From Candidatus Kuenenia stuttgartensis (GTDB taxonomy: Bacteria; Planctomycetota; UBA11346), in the NCBI GenBank assembly GCA_945872305.1, contig CAMCAC010000003.1, forward strand, positions 1-46,346: a stretch of 46,346 nt of DNA, in the 5' to 3' direction. The position numbers and the translations under genes were made by a program. Positions 17,511 to 26,916 of this stretch are shown piece by piece (position 1 is the first letter of the stretch; the number at the start of each line of letters is the position of its first letter). Below the pieces are notes generated by a model, which had not been told where the DNA came from, made no database searches, and saw nothing but the letters and a program-made list of their open reading frames with translations.

Positions 17511-18503
17511 ATGGGCCACGACCACGACCACGCGCACGGACCCGCCGGCCTCGCCGGGGATCCCCGGGTCCGCCGGGCGGCGATGATCAGCCTGGCGGTG
17601 GCCGTCGCCATCCTCGCCATCAAGGTGTGTGCCTGGCTGATCACCGGCTCCGCCACGGTCCTGTCGGATGCCCTGGAATCGGTCATCCATGTGGCCGCAA
17701 CCCTGTTCATGGCCTGGTGCGCGCGGATCTCGGCGGCGCCGCCGGACGCCGAGCACCCCTTCGGCCACGGCCGTATCGAGTTCCTGTCCGCGGGCTTCGA
17801 GGGCGGTGCGGTGGGACTCGCCGCCCTGGGCATCGCCGCGGTGGCCATCGAGGCGTGGTGGTCCGGGCGGGCGCCGGGCAATCTCGACTGGGGCCTGGCC
17901 CTGGTCGCCGGGGCGGCGGCGGTGAACGCCGGCCTGGGCTGGTGGCTGCTGCGCACCGGTCGGGCCACCGGCTCGCCGCTGCTCATCGCCGACGGCCATC
18001 ATGTCCTCTCCGACGTGTGGACGAGCCTGGGCGTGCTCGCCGGCGTCGGAACCATGCTGTTCATCAATGATCCCCTCATGCGCGGCTGGTGCGATGCGGG
18101 GCTGGCCCTGGTGCTCGCGGGCTATGTGTTCTGGGTCGCGGTGCGGCTGGTGCGCGGCGCCGTGGCGGGACTGCTGGACGAGGCCGATCCGCAGCTCCTC
18201 GACCGGGCGGTGGCCGCGCTCAATGCGGTGCGCGAGGACGCCTGGCGGGATGTGCACGGCCTGCGCCTGCGCCGGGACGGGGCGAACATCCTGGGCGAAC
18301 TGCATCTGGTGGTGCCCGAGGGCTGGACCGTGGCCCAGGCCCACGACGCCAGCGAACGGGTCGAGCGCGCCATCCTCGACCAGATCGGCCAGCGCGGCAC
18401 CATCATGGTCCACCTCGACCACGACGGCTCCCACGAATACCGCTACATCCCCTCTGATCAGGGCCCGATCACCGTGGAAAGCGCCACGCGGATGGAGGCG
18501 TGA
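17511..18503 (+). CDS. Cation diffusion facilitator (FieF/YiiP-like) metal transporter
   Basis: His-rich N-terminus; motifs SDALES, PPDAEHPFGHGRIE, ADGHHVLSD, HL...AHD, VHLD. Confidence 0.93.
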   Translation: MGHDHDHAHGPAGLAGDPRVRRAAMISLAVAVAILAIKVCAWLITGSATVLSDALESVIHVAATLFMAWCARISAAPPDAEHPFGHGRIEFLSAGFEGGAVGLAALGIAAVAIEAWWSGRAPGNLDWGLALVAGAAAVNAGLGWWLLRTGRATGSPLLIADGHHVLSDVWTSLGVLAGVGTMLFINDPLMRGWCDAGLALVLAGYVFWVAVRLVRGAVAGLLDEADPQLLDRAVAALNAVREDAWRDVHGLRLRRDGANILGELHLVVPEGWTVAQAHDASERVERAILDQIGQRGTIMVHLDHDGSHEYRYIPSDQGPITVESATRMEA

Positions 18504-18504
18504 T

Positions 18505-18661
18505 GGTTTCGGGTTTCGGGTTCCGGGTTGCGAGAAAGGTCGCCGCTGAAATACGACGGGGAGGGTGATGCTGGATGCGCGTCCGCCGTGCTCCGAAGAG
18601 GATTGGGTTCCTGTCACACCGAGGATCGACCTCCCGAAACCCGAAACCCGAGACCCGCAAC
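18505..18661. repeat. Inverted tandem-heptamer element, copy 2
   Basis: Left arm GGTTT CGGGTTT CGGGTTC CGGGTTG CGAGAAAGGTCG (18505-18542); right arm CGACCTCCCG AAACCCG AAACCCG AGACCCG CAAC (18627-18661). Fills the gap between two convergent stop codons. Confidence 0.88.
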
Positions 18662-19179
18662 TACCCCTGATTCCCCGCCATGGCGGCGACCTCGTCGCGG
18701 CGGGACCGCCAGGCGGCGGGGTCGGCGGCGGCGTCGATGGTCCGCACCGCCCGGCCGTCGTGGATGGGGGCTTCGGGCTGCTCGTCCTGGGCCTGGACGC
18801 GGCCGTCGGGATGGATGGCGAAACTGTCCGGATACCAACGACGGTGGCCGCTGGGGTCGAAGGCCTGGGGGCCCACCACCCGGGCGCCCCGGGCGGCGAT
18901 GTGGACGACCCCGTCGGCGTCGCGCCAGGCGAGTGCCGGATAGGCGACCCGGTAGGCCTCCTGACCCTCAACGATCTCGCTGGTCGATACCCAGGCGGCC
19001 TGGGTCCGGCCGAGGCCCGGCGCGACCACGATCCAGGTGCGATGGTCCCCGCCCCACTCGACCTGCCAGGCCGCCGCCGGCGCGGCGGTCACGGGCCGCG
19101 ACGATCCCGGACCTGCGGGCGTCGGGGCATCGCCGGCCGCCACCACGGCCGCGAGGACCAGGAGGGGCAGCGGCCGCAT
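18661..19179 (-). CDS. Hypothetical exported protein
   Basis: Signal-peptide-like MRPLPLLVLAAVVAAG; ATG overlaps the rpoN stop (TGATG). Confidence 0.7.
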   Translation of the reverse strand: MRPLPLLVLAAVVAAGDAPTPAGPGSSRPVTAAPAAAWQVEWGGDHRTWIVVAPGLGRTQAAWVSTSEIVEGQEAYRVAYPALAWRDADGVVHIAARGARVVGPQAFDPSGHRRWYPDSFAIHPDGRVQAQDEQPEAPIHDGRAVRTIDAAADPAAWRSRRDEVAAMAGNQG

Positions 19180-20582
19180 CAGAAGACCCGGCGCTGGCGG
19201 GTGGACGGGATGCCGTCCGCGATCCGGTACTTGGTCACCGTGCGCCGGGAGATGTCGAGGTTGTCCTTGGCCAGGATGTCGGCGAGCTCCTGGTCCGAGA
19301 GCGGGTTCTTCTTGTCCTCGGCCTCGATCAGCTTGTGGATCTTCAGTCGGACCGACTTGCTGCTCTCGGCCTCGCCGCCGTCCTGGCTGGCGATGCCGTT
19401 GCTGAAGAAGTCGGCGAGGCGGAGGACCCCGCGCGGGGTCTGGATGTACTTGTCCTTCACCGCCCGGGACACGGTGGCGACATGCATGCCGATGCGGTCG
19501 GCGATGTCCTGGCGGAGGAGCGGACGGAGGTTCTCGACGCCCTGCTCGAGGAATGCCTGCTGGTGCTTGATGATCTCGGTGACGATGCGCAGCAGGGTGC
19601 GCCGGCGCTGGGCCACCGCGTCGATGATGAAGCGGGCGGAGCCGATCTTCTCCTTGAGATACGCCTTTTCCTTGGGGTCGCCGGCGCCGCTGTCGAGGAT
19701 CTGCTGGTACTCGCCGCTCACCTCGACCTTGGGCAGGCGGCCGTCGGGGATCGACACCACCCAGCGGCCCTCCTCGTCCTGCTCCACCATCGAGTCGGGC
19801 ACCACGATGTGGTTGGTGTCGGCGGCGAAGGGCAGCCCGGGCTTGGGATCCAGACGGGCGATGACCTCGACCCCCTCCTGGATGCGCTCGATGGAGGGCG
19901 CCGCGCGGTCCGGATGCTTGGCGGCCAAGGCCTGCTGGACCGCCGGCAGCCGGTTGCGCAGGCAGTCGTCGAGATGGTCGCGGATCAGCTCCATCTCGAA
20001 GGAGTTGTCGCCGGGCTCCCGGGCGAGCTGGAGCAGCAGGCAGTCCTTCAGGTCCCGGGCCCCGATGCCGGCAGGATCGCATCGGCGGATGTGCTCCAGG
20101 GCCTCCTCGGCGTGCTCAAGCCGCTCCTCATGGACCAGGTCGGTCAACGGCACCGTCAGATAGCCGCGACGGTCGAGCTGCCAGCCGATCTCGTGGGCAA
20201 TCTCGCGCACATCCGGATCCATCTCGACGAAGCGGAGCTGCTCGACCAGATGCTCGGCAAGGACCGGCGCCCGTTCCGGAGTGGCCTCAAGGGCCGCCAT
20301 CTTGCTCGGGCCGTCCTCGTCCAGGTTGCGGCGGGCCCGCTTGAGCAGCCATTCCTGGTCGTCGCGTTCACCCTGGTCGAGGGCCTGGGGGCGGACATCC
20401 TCGTCGCCAGCAGGGCCGTCGACGATCTCCAGGGCAGGGTTGGACTCGACCTCGGCCATGATCCGCTCCTCGAGGGCGAGCTGCGGAAGCAGCAGGATCT
20501 CGATCGACTGGATCATCTGCGGCGTGAGCTTGAGCTTCTGCTCGAGCCGCATGTTCAGGTTCTGGCGGAGGCTGATCGACAT
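19179..20582 (-). CDS. rpoN: RNA polymerase sigma-54 factor
   Basis: Region I QKLKLTPQMIQSIEILLL, DPAGIGARDL, HVATVSRAV, PLSDQ, RpoN box SRRTVTKYR. Confidence 0.97.
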   Translation of the reverse strand: MSISLRQNLNMRLEQKLKLTPQMIQSIEILLLPQLALEERIMAEVESNPALEIVDGPAGDEDVRPQALDQGERDDQEWLLKRARRNLDEDGPSKMAALEATPERAPVLAEHLVEQLRFVEMDPDVREIAHEIGWQLDRRGYLTVPLTDLVHEERLEHAEEALEHIRRCDPAGIGARDLKDCLLLQLAREPGDNSFEMELIRDHLDDCLRNRLPAVQQALAAKHPDRAAPSIERIQEGVEVIARLDPKPGLPFAADTNHIVVPDSMVEQDEEGRWVVSIPDGRLPKVEVSGEYQQILDSGAGDPKEKAYLKEKIGSARFIIDAVAQRRRTLLRIVTEIIKHQQAFLEQGVENLRPLLRQDIADRIGMHVATVSRAVKDKYIQTPRGVLRLADFFSNGIASQDGGEAESSKSVRLKIHKLIEAEDKKNPLSDQELADILAKDNLDISRRTVTKYRIADGIPSTRQRRVF

Positions 20583-20768
20583 GGGTCCGAATGGTGCTCC
20601 AGGGCGCCGGCGTGGTGCCGCTAGCAAATGGTAAGCCATCGGCGGCGGCTGCACAAGATGGAACGGGCCGGAACCCGGAAAGCCGGCAGTCCGTGACCCT
20701 CCTGACCCTCTTCGTGAGCATCGGGGGCTTCCCATGACAGGAAACACGTGGTACGGTGGCGTACATCC

Positions 20769-22220
20769 ATGGGCCCTGGAAGCACCGTCCTCATGCCCGG
20801 CAGCGGGTCCCTGCTTGTGCAATTCGACCAAGCCAAGCCGGTTCTCAGCCAGTCCGGCTGGTTCACCGAAGCCATGGCGACCCGCGCCACCGCCGCCATC
20901 GCCCAGGCCGTGGCGATGCCGGGGACCCGGCTGTCCCGCTATCTTGCCGAGCAGGGCATCCTGTCCGCCGAACAGGCGGCGGAGATGGAATGCGTGCTGG
21001 ACCACCAGGGCCACTTCCCCGCCTTCCGCCTGCTGCGCAAACTGGGCGCCGGGGGGATGGGCACGGTGTTCCTGGCCGACCGGGTGGTGGATGGCCGGCG
21101 TGTGGCCCTCAAGACCCTGAATCCCCGGCTCGCGGACGAGGGCGATTTCGTCAGCCGCTTCGAGCGCGAGGCCCAGGCCCTGGCCGGGCTCCGCCATCCG
21201 CACATCGCCCAGGTCGTGGATTCCGGCGGGAGCAACGGCCACCTGTTCATCGCCTTGGAATTCATCGACGGCCCGAGCCTGATGGCGATGGTCAAGGACT
21301 ACCGCCGGCTGCCGGAGCCCTACGCCCTGCGGGTGGTCCGCCAGGTGGCGGACGGCCTCCATCATGTGTGGACCGCCGCCGGCCTGGTGCACCGGGACAT
21401 CAAGCCCGAGAACATCCTTGTCCTGCGCAACCGCTCCGGAACCGATCTCTTCTCGGACCAGGATGTGGCCAAGCTCATCGACTTCGGCCTGGTCAAGCCC
21501 ACCGAGGGCGATGACGAGCGGGTCCGCCTGACCCAGACCGGGATGACCATCGGCACCCCGCTGTACATGTCCCCCGAGCAGATCCGAGGCGAGACCCTGG
21601 ACTGCCGCAGCGACATCTACGCCCTGGGGGCGACGCTCTACCACATGCTCACCGGGACGGTGCCGTTCGCCGGCACCAGCCCGGGGGCGATCATGAGCGC
21701 GCACCTGACCGAGCCGGTCCCCGACCCCGGCACCGTGGTCCCGGAACTGTCCGCCGCCTGCCGGGAACTGGTGCGCACCTGTCTGGCCAAGAAGCCCGCG
21801 GACCGCTTCGCTGATCACATGGCCTTTGCCCGGGCCCTGGACAAGGTCGCCGCCGGCGGTGGCAGCACCACGGTCCGCTTCCTCAAAAAGCCCCTCCGCG
21901 CCCCGGGCAAGCCCCGGGTACCCACCCCGCCACCGCCCCCCTTGCCGATGCCGGGCGCCACACCGGCTCCAGCGGCCGTGGCGCCGGGCGCGGTGGCGAC
22001 GCCGCCGGCCCCGGGAACGGTGATGCCGCTTGCCGCCGCCCGGTCCGCGACCCCGGTCGAGGCCGGTGGTGTCGGCCTGGCCATGCCTGCAGCGCCGGTG
22101 GCCACCGTCCGCTCCCGGGTCTATGACGAGGATCCCCAGGCCCAGGGCATCGGCGTGATGCCCTGGCTGGTGCTGGGGGCGGCCCTGATCTGTTTCCTGA
22201 TCTTCATGGCCCTGTCCTGA
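20769..22220 (+). CDS. Hanks-type Ser/Thr protein kinase with a Pro/Ala-rich linker and a C-terminal TM anchor
   Basis: Motifs LGAGGMG, VALK, HRDIKPEN, DFG, GTPLYMSPEQ, DIYALG; the protein ends in a hydrophobic helix. Start could also be 20793. Confidence 0.95.
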   Translation: MGPGSTVLMPGSGSLLVQFDQAKPVLSQSGWFTEAMATRATAAIAQAVAMPGTRLSRYLAEQGILSAEQAAEMECVLDHQGHFPAFRLLRKLGAGGMGTVFLADRVVDGRRVALKTLNPRLADEGDFVSRFEREAQALAGLRHPHIAQVVDSGGSNGHLFIALEFIDGPSLMAMVKDYRRLPEPYALRVVRQVADGLHHVWTAAGLVHRDIKPENILVLRNRSGTDLFSDQDVAKLIDFGLVKPTEGDDERVRLTQTGMTIGTPLYMSPEQIRGETLDCRSDIYALGATLYHMLTGTVPFAGTSPGAIMSAHLTEPVPDPGTVVPELSAACRELVRTCLAKKPADRFADHMAFARALDKVAAGGGSTTVRFLKKPLRAPGKPRVPTPPPPPLPMPGATPAPAAVAPGAVATPPAPGTVMPLAAARSATPVEAGGVGLAMPAAPVATVRSRVYDEDPQAQGIGVMPWLVLGAALICFLIFMALS

Positions 22221-22262
22221 TCTCGGACTGGCGCCGCCGGGGCGGCCCCTAGCGTTCCCGGC

Positions 22263-23183
22263 GTGCTCACCGCCGGCTCCCACGTCATCTCCATCAGCGA
22301 CTTCAGCCGGGCCGACCTGATCGCGGTCCTCGACCGCGCCGCGGCCATGGAACGCAATCCCGGCAGACCCCTCGACGGCCGCCTGATGGCGACCCTGTTC
22401 TTCGAACCGAGCACCCGCACCCGCCTGAGCTTCGAGGCGGCGATGCTCAAGCTCGGCGGCCGGGTCATCGGCTTCAGCGACGCCGCCAGTTCGTCCGCGA
22501 AGAAGGGCGAGAGCCTGTCCGACACCATCCGCATGGTCGAACGCTACGCGGATGTCATCGTCATGCGCCATCCCCGGGACGGTGCGGCCCGGCTGGCCGC
22601 GCAGGTCAGCCGGGTGCCGGTGATCAACGGCGGCGACGGGGCCAACCAGCACCCGACCCAGACCTTCCTCGATCTCTACACGATCGCCCAGGAATTCCCC
22701 GAGCTGCGCTCCGGGGACCGGGAGCTGGTGGTGGCCTTCGCCGGCGATCTGCGCTACGGGCGCACGGTCCACAGCCTGCTCCACGCCCTGTGCCACTTCC
22801 GGGTCCGTGTCCTGCTCGTCGCCCCCCGGGGCCTGGAGATGCCCGCGGACCACCTCGACCACGCCCGGGCCGCCGGATTGCAGGTCGAGGTCCTGCCGGA
22901 CCTCCAGACCGCCGCCGAGCGCGCCGATGTCCTGTACATGACCCGGCTCCAGGAGGAGCGCTTCCCGGATCCCCTGGAGTTCGACCACATCAAGGCCACC
23001 TACCGGATCAGCGCCGCGACCCTGGCCAAGGCCCAGCCGCGGCTGCGCATCCTCCATCCCCTGCCCCGGGTCCACGAAATCGCCACGGACGTGGACGCCA
23101 CCGTCCATGCCAGCTATTTCACCCAGGCGGCGAACGGCATCCCGGTCCGCCAGGCGGTGCTCGCCACGGTGCTCGGAGCCTGA
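22263..23183 (+). CDS. pyrB: Aspartate carbamoyltransferase catalytic subunit
   Basis: Motifs FFEPSTRTRLSF, KKGESLSDT, HPTQ, GDLRYGRTVHSL, LHPLP; GTG start. Confidence 0.97.
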   Translation: MLTAGSHVISISDFSRADLIAVLDRAAAMERNPGRPLDGRLMATLFFEPSTRTRLSFEAAMLKLGGRVIGFSDAASSSAKKGESLSDTIRMVERYADVIVMRHPRDGAARLAAQVSRVPVINGGDGANQHPTQTFLDLYTIAQEFPELRSGDRELVVAFAGDLRYGRTVHSLLHALCHFRVRVLLVAPRGLEMPADHLDHARAAGLQVEVLPDLQTAAERADVLYMTRLQEERFPDPLEFDHIKATYRISAATLAKAQPRLRILHPLPRVHEIATDVDATVHASYFTQAANGIPVRQAVLATVLGA

Positions 23184-23184
23184 C

Positions 23185-23661
23185 ATGAGCGACATCCCCA
23201 CCGCCAGCCACGGCCGCAACCGGATGGTCGAGGCGATCGCCAACGGCACCGTCATCGACCACATCCCGGCCGCAGTCACCCTCAAGGTCGCCGCCCTGGT
23301 CTCGGGCCCGGACGATCAGGTGTTCATCGGCCAGAACCTGCGCTCGGCACGGCTCGGCCGCAAGGGCGTGGTCAAGGTCAGCGGCCGCCTGCTCACCGGC
23401 CGCGACCTCCAGACCCTGGCCCTGATCGCCCCCGGCGCCTCGATCTGCATCATCCGCAACTACGAGATCGCCGAGAAGCGCCCGGTCGGCGTCCCCGACC
23501 TGTTCGAGGCCATCGCCCGCTGCGCCAACCCCAACTGCGTCACCAACCACGAACGCTGGCCCACCCTGTTCGACGTCACCCACCGCGACCCGCTCCTGGT
23601 CCGCTGCCGCTATTGCGAGCGCACCGTGCCGGCCGCCGACCTGGCTTTGCTCCCCCGATGA
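23185..23661 (+). CDS. pyrI: Aspartate carbamoyltransferase regulatory subunit
   Basis: Motif VEAIANGTVIDHI; zinc site CANPNC...CRYCE. Confidence 0.95.
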   Translation: MSDIPTASHGRNRMVEAIANGTVIDHIPAAVTLKVAALVSGPDDQVFIGQNLRSARLGRKGVVKVSGRLLTGRDLQTLALIAPGASICIIRNYEIAEKRPVGVPDLFEAIARCANPNCVTNHERWPTLFDVTHRDPLLVRCRYCERTVPAADLALLPR

Positions 23662-25544
23662 TCCCCACCGCCCGCATCAACGCCTTCTGCCGTGACCATG
23701 GGATCGCCATCGCGGCGAATCCCTGCGTGTCGCCGGACTTCTGCCTGGACTGGCCGGGCCTGGCCCGCCGCCTGCGGGCCGAGGCCCAGCCCTCGGCCAC
23801 CCTGACCCTGGCCCGCTACGCCCATGCCCGCATCGCGGTCGCCGGGGCCTCGCTGGACCTGGTCAGCGACGAGATGGGCGACCATGCCTGGGTGGCCCGT
23901 GGCCATGATGGCAAGGCACCCCTCGGTCTCCTCGCGGACGGCGTGGATCTCGGCGGCGGCCACGCGGGATTCCCGGCCACCTGGGCGAACCTGCTGCGGA
24001 TCAAGAACCTCGTCCAGGAGGCGGATCCCGGCTCCACGGTGTTCCCCACCGCCGCCGGAACCCTGGCCCGCACCTCGATCGGGGTCGGGGCCCGCTTCAC
24101 CACCCTGCACTGGCCGGCGGTCGAATGGGCGATGGCCCACCTGGGCATCAGCCTGACCGCCAACCAGAACAGCATCCCCCGGGAACTGGTGTTCGACGTC
24201 GAGGCGATGCTCGACCACCGCCTGATGAGCGTGCCGTTCCCGTTCATCGGCGCCGCGGTGCCGGAAGGCCACCAGGGCCAGTCCGTCGAGGGCATGAGCC
24301 ACGGCGCCGTGCTGTCCAAACTCAAGACCGGGTTCCACCTGCGCCGCATCCCCTGGGGCTTCAACGCCGACCACCAGCCGGTCGGCGGCGTGTTCGACGC
24401 CCGCGAAGACCGCCTGGTCGATGGCTGCCTGCTCGCCACCTACATCACCTTCGACCTGTCGCCGGAACTGTCGGTGACCAAGGTCCCCGCAGACCCCGCC
24501 GCCTGGGTCGCCGGCGCGGTGCCCGCCGAGGTCATCGCCACCGTCCGCCGCCGGGTCGGCGAGGCGGGGATCGCCCTCGACGACACCGCCTTCGCCACCC
24601 TGCTCTGCCAGGTCTGGCCGGCGGTGCGCAAGATGCAGGTGCGCGACGGCAAGTATGCCGCCGCCCGCGCCGCGGCTTTCACCACCGCCGCCGGCCGCGC
24701 CTATTTCCGCGAACTGTCCATCGACGAACTGCCGGGGCTGACGACCCCCGCCACCCTCGCCACCATGCTCGCCCTGTGCGAGGCCCTGGGCATGCCGGTG
24801 CAGTTCGTCGCCCCGGCCTTCGGCTTCCAGAAGAACTTCCCCTTCGCCGACCAGGCGGAGCTCGAGCGCCGGGTCGCCGCCGCCTGGGCGGTGTGCACGG
24901 CCTTCGGCGTGTCGATCGGCTTCCACTCCGGCTCCGGCAAGTCGGCGGAGAACTACGCCCTGTGCGGGCGGATCACCGGGGGGAACCTGGAGATCAAGAC
25001 CAGCGGCCGCTACACCTACGAGATGGGCTGCGCCCTGGCGACGAGCGCGGATCCCCGGGACCGGGCGTTCTTCGCCGAGTGGTGGGCCTTCACCCGGGAT
25101 CTCGCGGCGGCCTCGGCGTTCAGCGCCGACCAGACCGAGCGGACCATGGCCCGCCAGTTCATCCAGCACGCCCTCGACCGGGCGTCGGTGGCCGGAGACG
25201 CCTTCGCCAGCCCCGCGGTCCTCGCCGGCGTGCTCGCCAAGCTCAGCCCGGACCCGGACCACATGTTCTGGTTCGAGTACAACTTCCTGTGGGTGCTCGC
25301 CGCCGGCGGCAAGGCCGACAAGCAGGCCCTCGGCGATCACGGCCCCGCCGGCTACCGCCAGCGGGCCCGGTTCTACGCGATCAGCGACGCCGGCCGCCTG
25401 GGCTACCTCAAGCGGGTGGCGGAATACCTGTGCTTCCTCTGCGAAACCACCGGCATCGTCCCGGCGGCCCGGGTCGCTGCCGCCCGCCAGCGGCTCGGCC
25501 GCTACCGCACGGGTTCTGAACTGATGGCGGACATCGCCCCCTGA
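23658..25544 (+). CDS. Tagaturonate/fructuronate epimerase (UxaE)-family protein, divergent
   Basis: Ordered motifs SIGVGARF, QNSIPRE, FNADH, ELSIDE, FVAP, HSGSGK, IKTSG correspond to recalled UxaE-type motifs (GxGDR, QQSxRE, ADADH, ExSxDE, LAP, HSGSDK, HxKTAG). Confidence 0.7.
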   Translation: MIPTARINAFCRDHGIAIAANPCVSPDFCLDWPGLARRLRAEAQPSATLTLARYAHARIAVAGASLDLVSDEMGDHAWVARGHDGKAPLGLLADGVDLGGGHAGFPATWANLLRIKNLVQEADPGSTVFPTAAGTLARTSIGVGARFTTLHWPAVEWAMAHLGISLTANQNSIPRELVFDVEAMLDHRLMSVPFPFIGAAVPEGHQGQSVEGMSHGAVLSKLKTGFHLRRIPWGFNADHQPVGGVFDAREDRLVDGCLLATYITFDLSPELSVTKVPADPAAWVAGAVPAEVIATVRRRVGEAGIALDDTAFATLLCQVWPAVRKMQVRDGKYAAARAAAFTTAAGRAYFRELSIDELPGLTTPATLATMLALCEALGMPVQFVAPAFGFQKNFPFADQAELERRVAAAWAVCTAFGVSIGFHSGSGKSAENYALCGRITGGNLEIKTSGRYTYEMGCALATSADPRDRAFFAEWWAFTRDLAAASAFSADQTERTMARQFIQHALDRASVAGDAFASPAVLAGVLAKLSPDPDHMFWFEYNFLWVLAAGGKADKQALGDHGPAGYRQRARFYAISDAGRLGYLKRVAEYLCFLCETTGIVPAARVAAARQRLGRYRTGSELMADIAP

Positions 25545-25906
25545 TGGGCTGGGAGGCCCCCCTCCTGGTCGCCGCCGGCGGCGCCGCCGGCTCCCTGGCC
25601 CGGTGGGGCGTGGGTCTCCTGGCCGCGGGCTGCGGCCCGTGGCCGACCCTGGCCATCAACGCCGCCGGCTCCCTGCTCATCGGCGCCCTGGCCGGCTGGG
25701 CCGGCAAGCCCGCCTGGGCCGGCCCGCTGCTGATGACCGGCCTGTGCGGCGGCTTCACCACCTTCTCCGCCTACAGCCTGCACACCCTGGAACTCTGGCA
25801 GGCCGACCGCCCAGGTGCCGCCGCCGGCTACGCCGCCGGCACCGTGGCCGCCAGCTTCGTCGCGGTCGCCGCCGGCTGGTGGTTGGCCCGGCGGTTCACC
25901 GGCTGA
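25544..25906 (+). CDS. crcB: Fluoride channel Fluc/CrcB
   Basis: Motifs GGAAGSLARW, PTLAIN, TGLCGGFTTFS; 120 aa with 4 TM. Confidence 0.93.
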   Translation: MGWEAPLLVAAGGAAGSLARWGVGLLAAGCGPWPTLAINAAGSLLIGALAGWAGKPAWAGPLLMTGLCGGFTTFSAYSLHTLELWQADRPGAAAGYAAGTVAASFVAVAAGWWLARRFTG

Positions 25907-25965
25907 GGGTCGGCCGGGGCGCTGGCGGCTTGCCGGTCCCCAGGGCGGGTCTATGGCTGGGACCC

Positions 25966-26916
25966 ATGCTGCGCCTCCTCGCCCTGATCCTCGCCACCGT
26001 CGCCGCCCAGGCGGCGGAGACCCGCATCGCGGTGATCCCCAAGGGGACCACCCACGAGTTCTGGAAGTCGATCCACGCCGGGGCCCGGGCGGCGGCGGCG
26101 GAGCTGACCGCGGCGGGGACGCCGGTGACCATCGTGTGGAAGGGCCCCCTCAAGGAGGACGACCGGGCGGGGCAGATCGAGGTGGTCGAGAACCTGGCGG
26201 CGAGCGGGGTGGCGGGGATCGTACTCGCGCCCCTCGATGACCGGGCCCTGGTGGCGCCGGTGGAGTCGGCGGTGCAGTCCGGGCTGCCGGTGGTGGTCAT
26301 CGACAGCGCCCTGCGCACGGAGCGGATCCGCTCGTTCGTGGCCACGGACAACCGCGAGGGCGGCCGGATCGCCGGGCGCCACCTGGCGGGGTTGCTGGGC
26401 GGCAAGGGCCAGATCCTGGTGCTGCGCTACATGGAGGGCTCCGCGAGCACCCTGGAGCGCGAGGCGGGATTCCTGGAGGCGATCACAACCTTCCCGGAGA
26501 TCACCGTGGTGAGCCAGGGCCAGTACGCGGGCCCGACCCGGGACACCGCCCTGACCGCGAGCCAGAACCTGCTCACCCGCTTCGGCGGCCGGATCCAGGG
26601 CGTGTTCACGCCGAACGAGTCGAGCACCGCCGGCATGAACCTGGCCCTGGTCCAGGAAGGGCTGACCGCGGTCCGCCATGTGGGCTTCGACGCCAGCCCG
26701 GCCCTGGTGGCGGCCCTGCGCGCAGGGACCCTGCACGGGGCGGTGGTCCAGGATCCCACCCGCATGGGCTACCTGGGGGTGAAGCACTGCGTCGCCGCCA
26801 TCCGCGGCGAGACGGTGCCGGCCAAGGTCGACACCCCGGTGCAGCTGGTGACCCCGGGCAACCTGGAGGAACCGGCGATCCGCGCCCTGCTCGCCCCGCC
26901 GGGCGAGGGCAGGTGA
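25966..26916 (+). CDS. Sugar ABC transporter substrate-binding protein (RbsB-like)
   Basis: Signal peptide; motifs IAVIPKGTTHEFWKSIHAGA, VATDN, GFD, VVQDP. Confidence 0.93.
   Translation: MLRLLALILATVAAQAAETRIAVIPKGTTHEFWKSIHAGARAAAAELTAAGTPVTIVWKGPLKEDDRAGQIEVVENLAASGVAGIVLAPLDDRALVAPVESAVQSGLPVVVIDSALRTERIRSFVATDNREGGRIAGRHLAGLLGGKGQILVLRYMEGSASTLEREAGFLEAITTFPEITVVSQGQYAGPTRDTALTASQNLLTRFGGRIQGVFTPNESSTAGMNLALVQEGLTAVRHVGFDASPALVAALRAGTLHGAVVQDPTRMGYLGVKHCVAAIRGETVPAKVDTPVQLVTPGNLEEPAIRALLAPPGEGR

Noticed and set aside
25500-25560. Fluoride riboswitch upstream of crcB
   Set aside because: crcB overlaps the upstream stop codon, so there is no leader, and I saw no consensus match.
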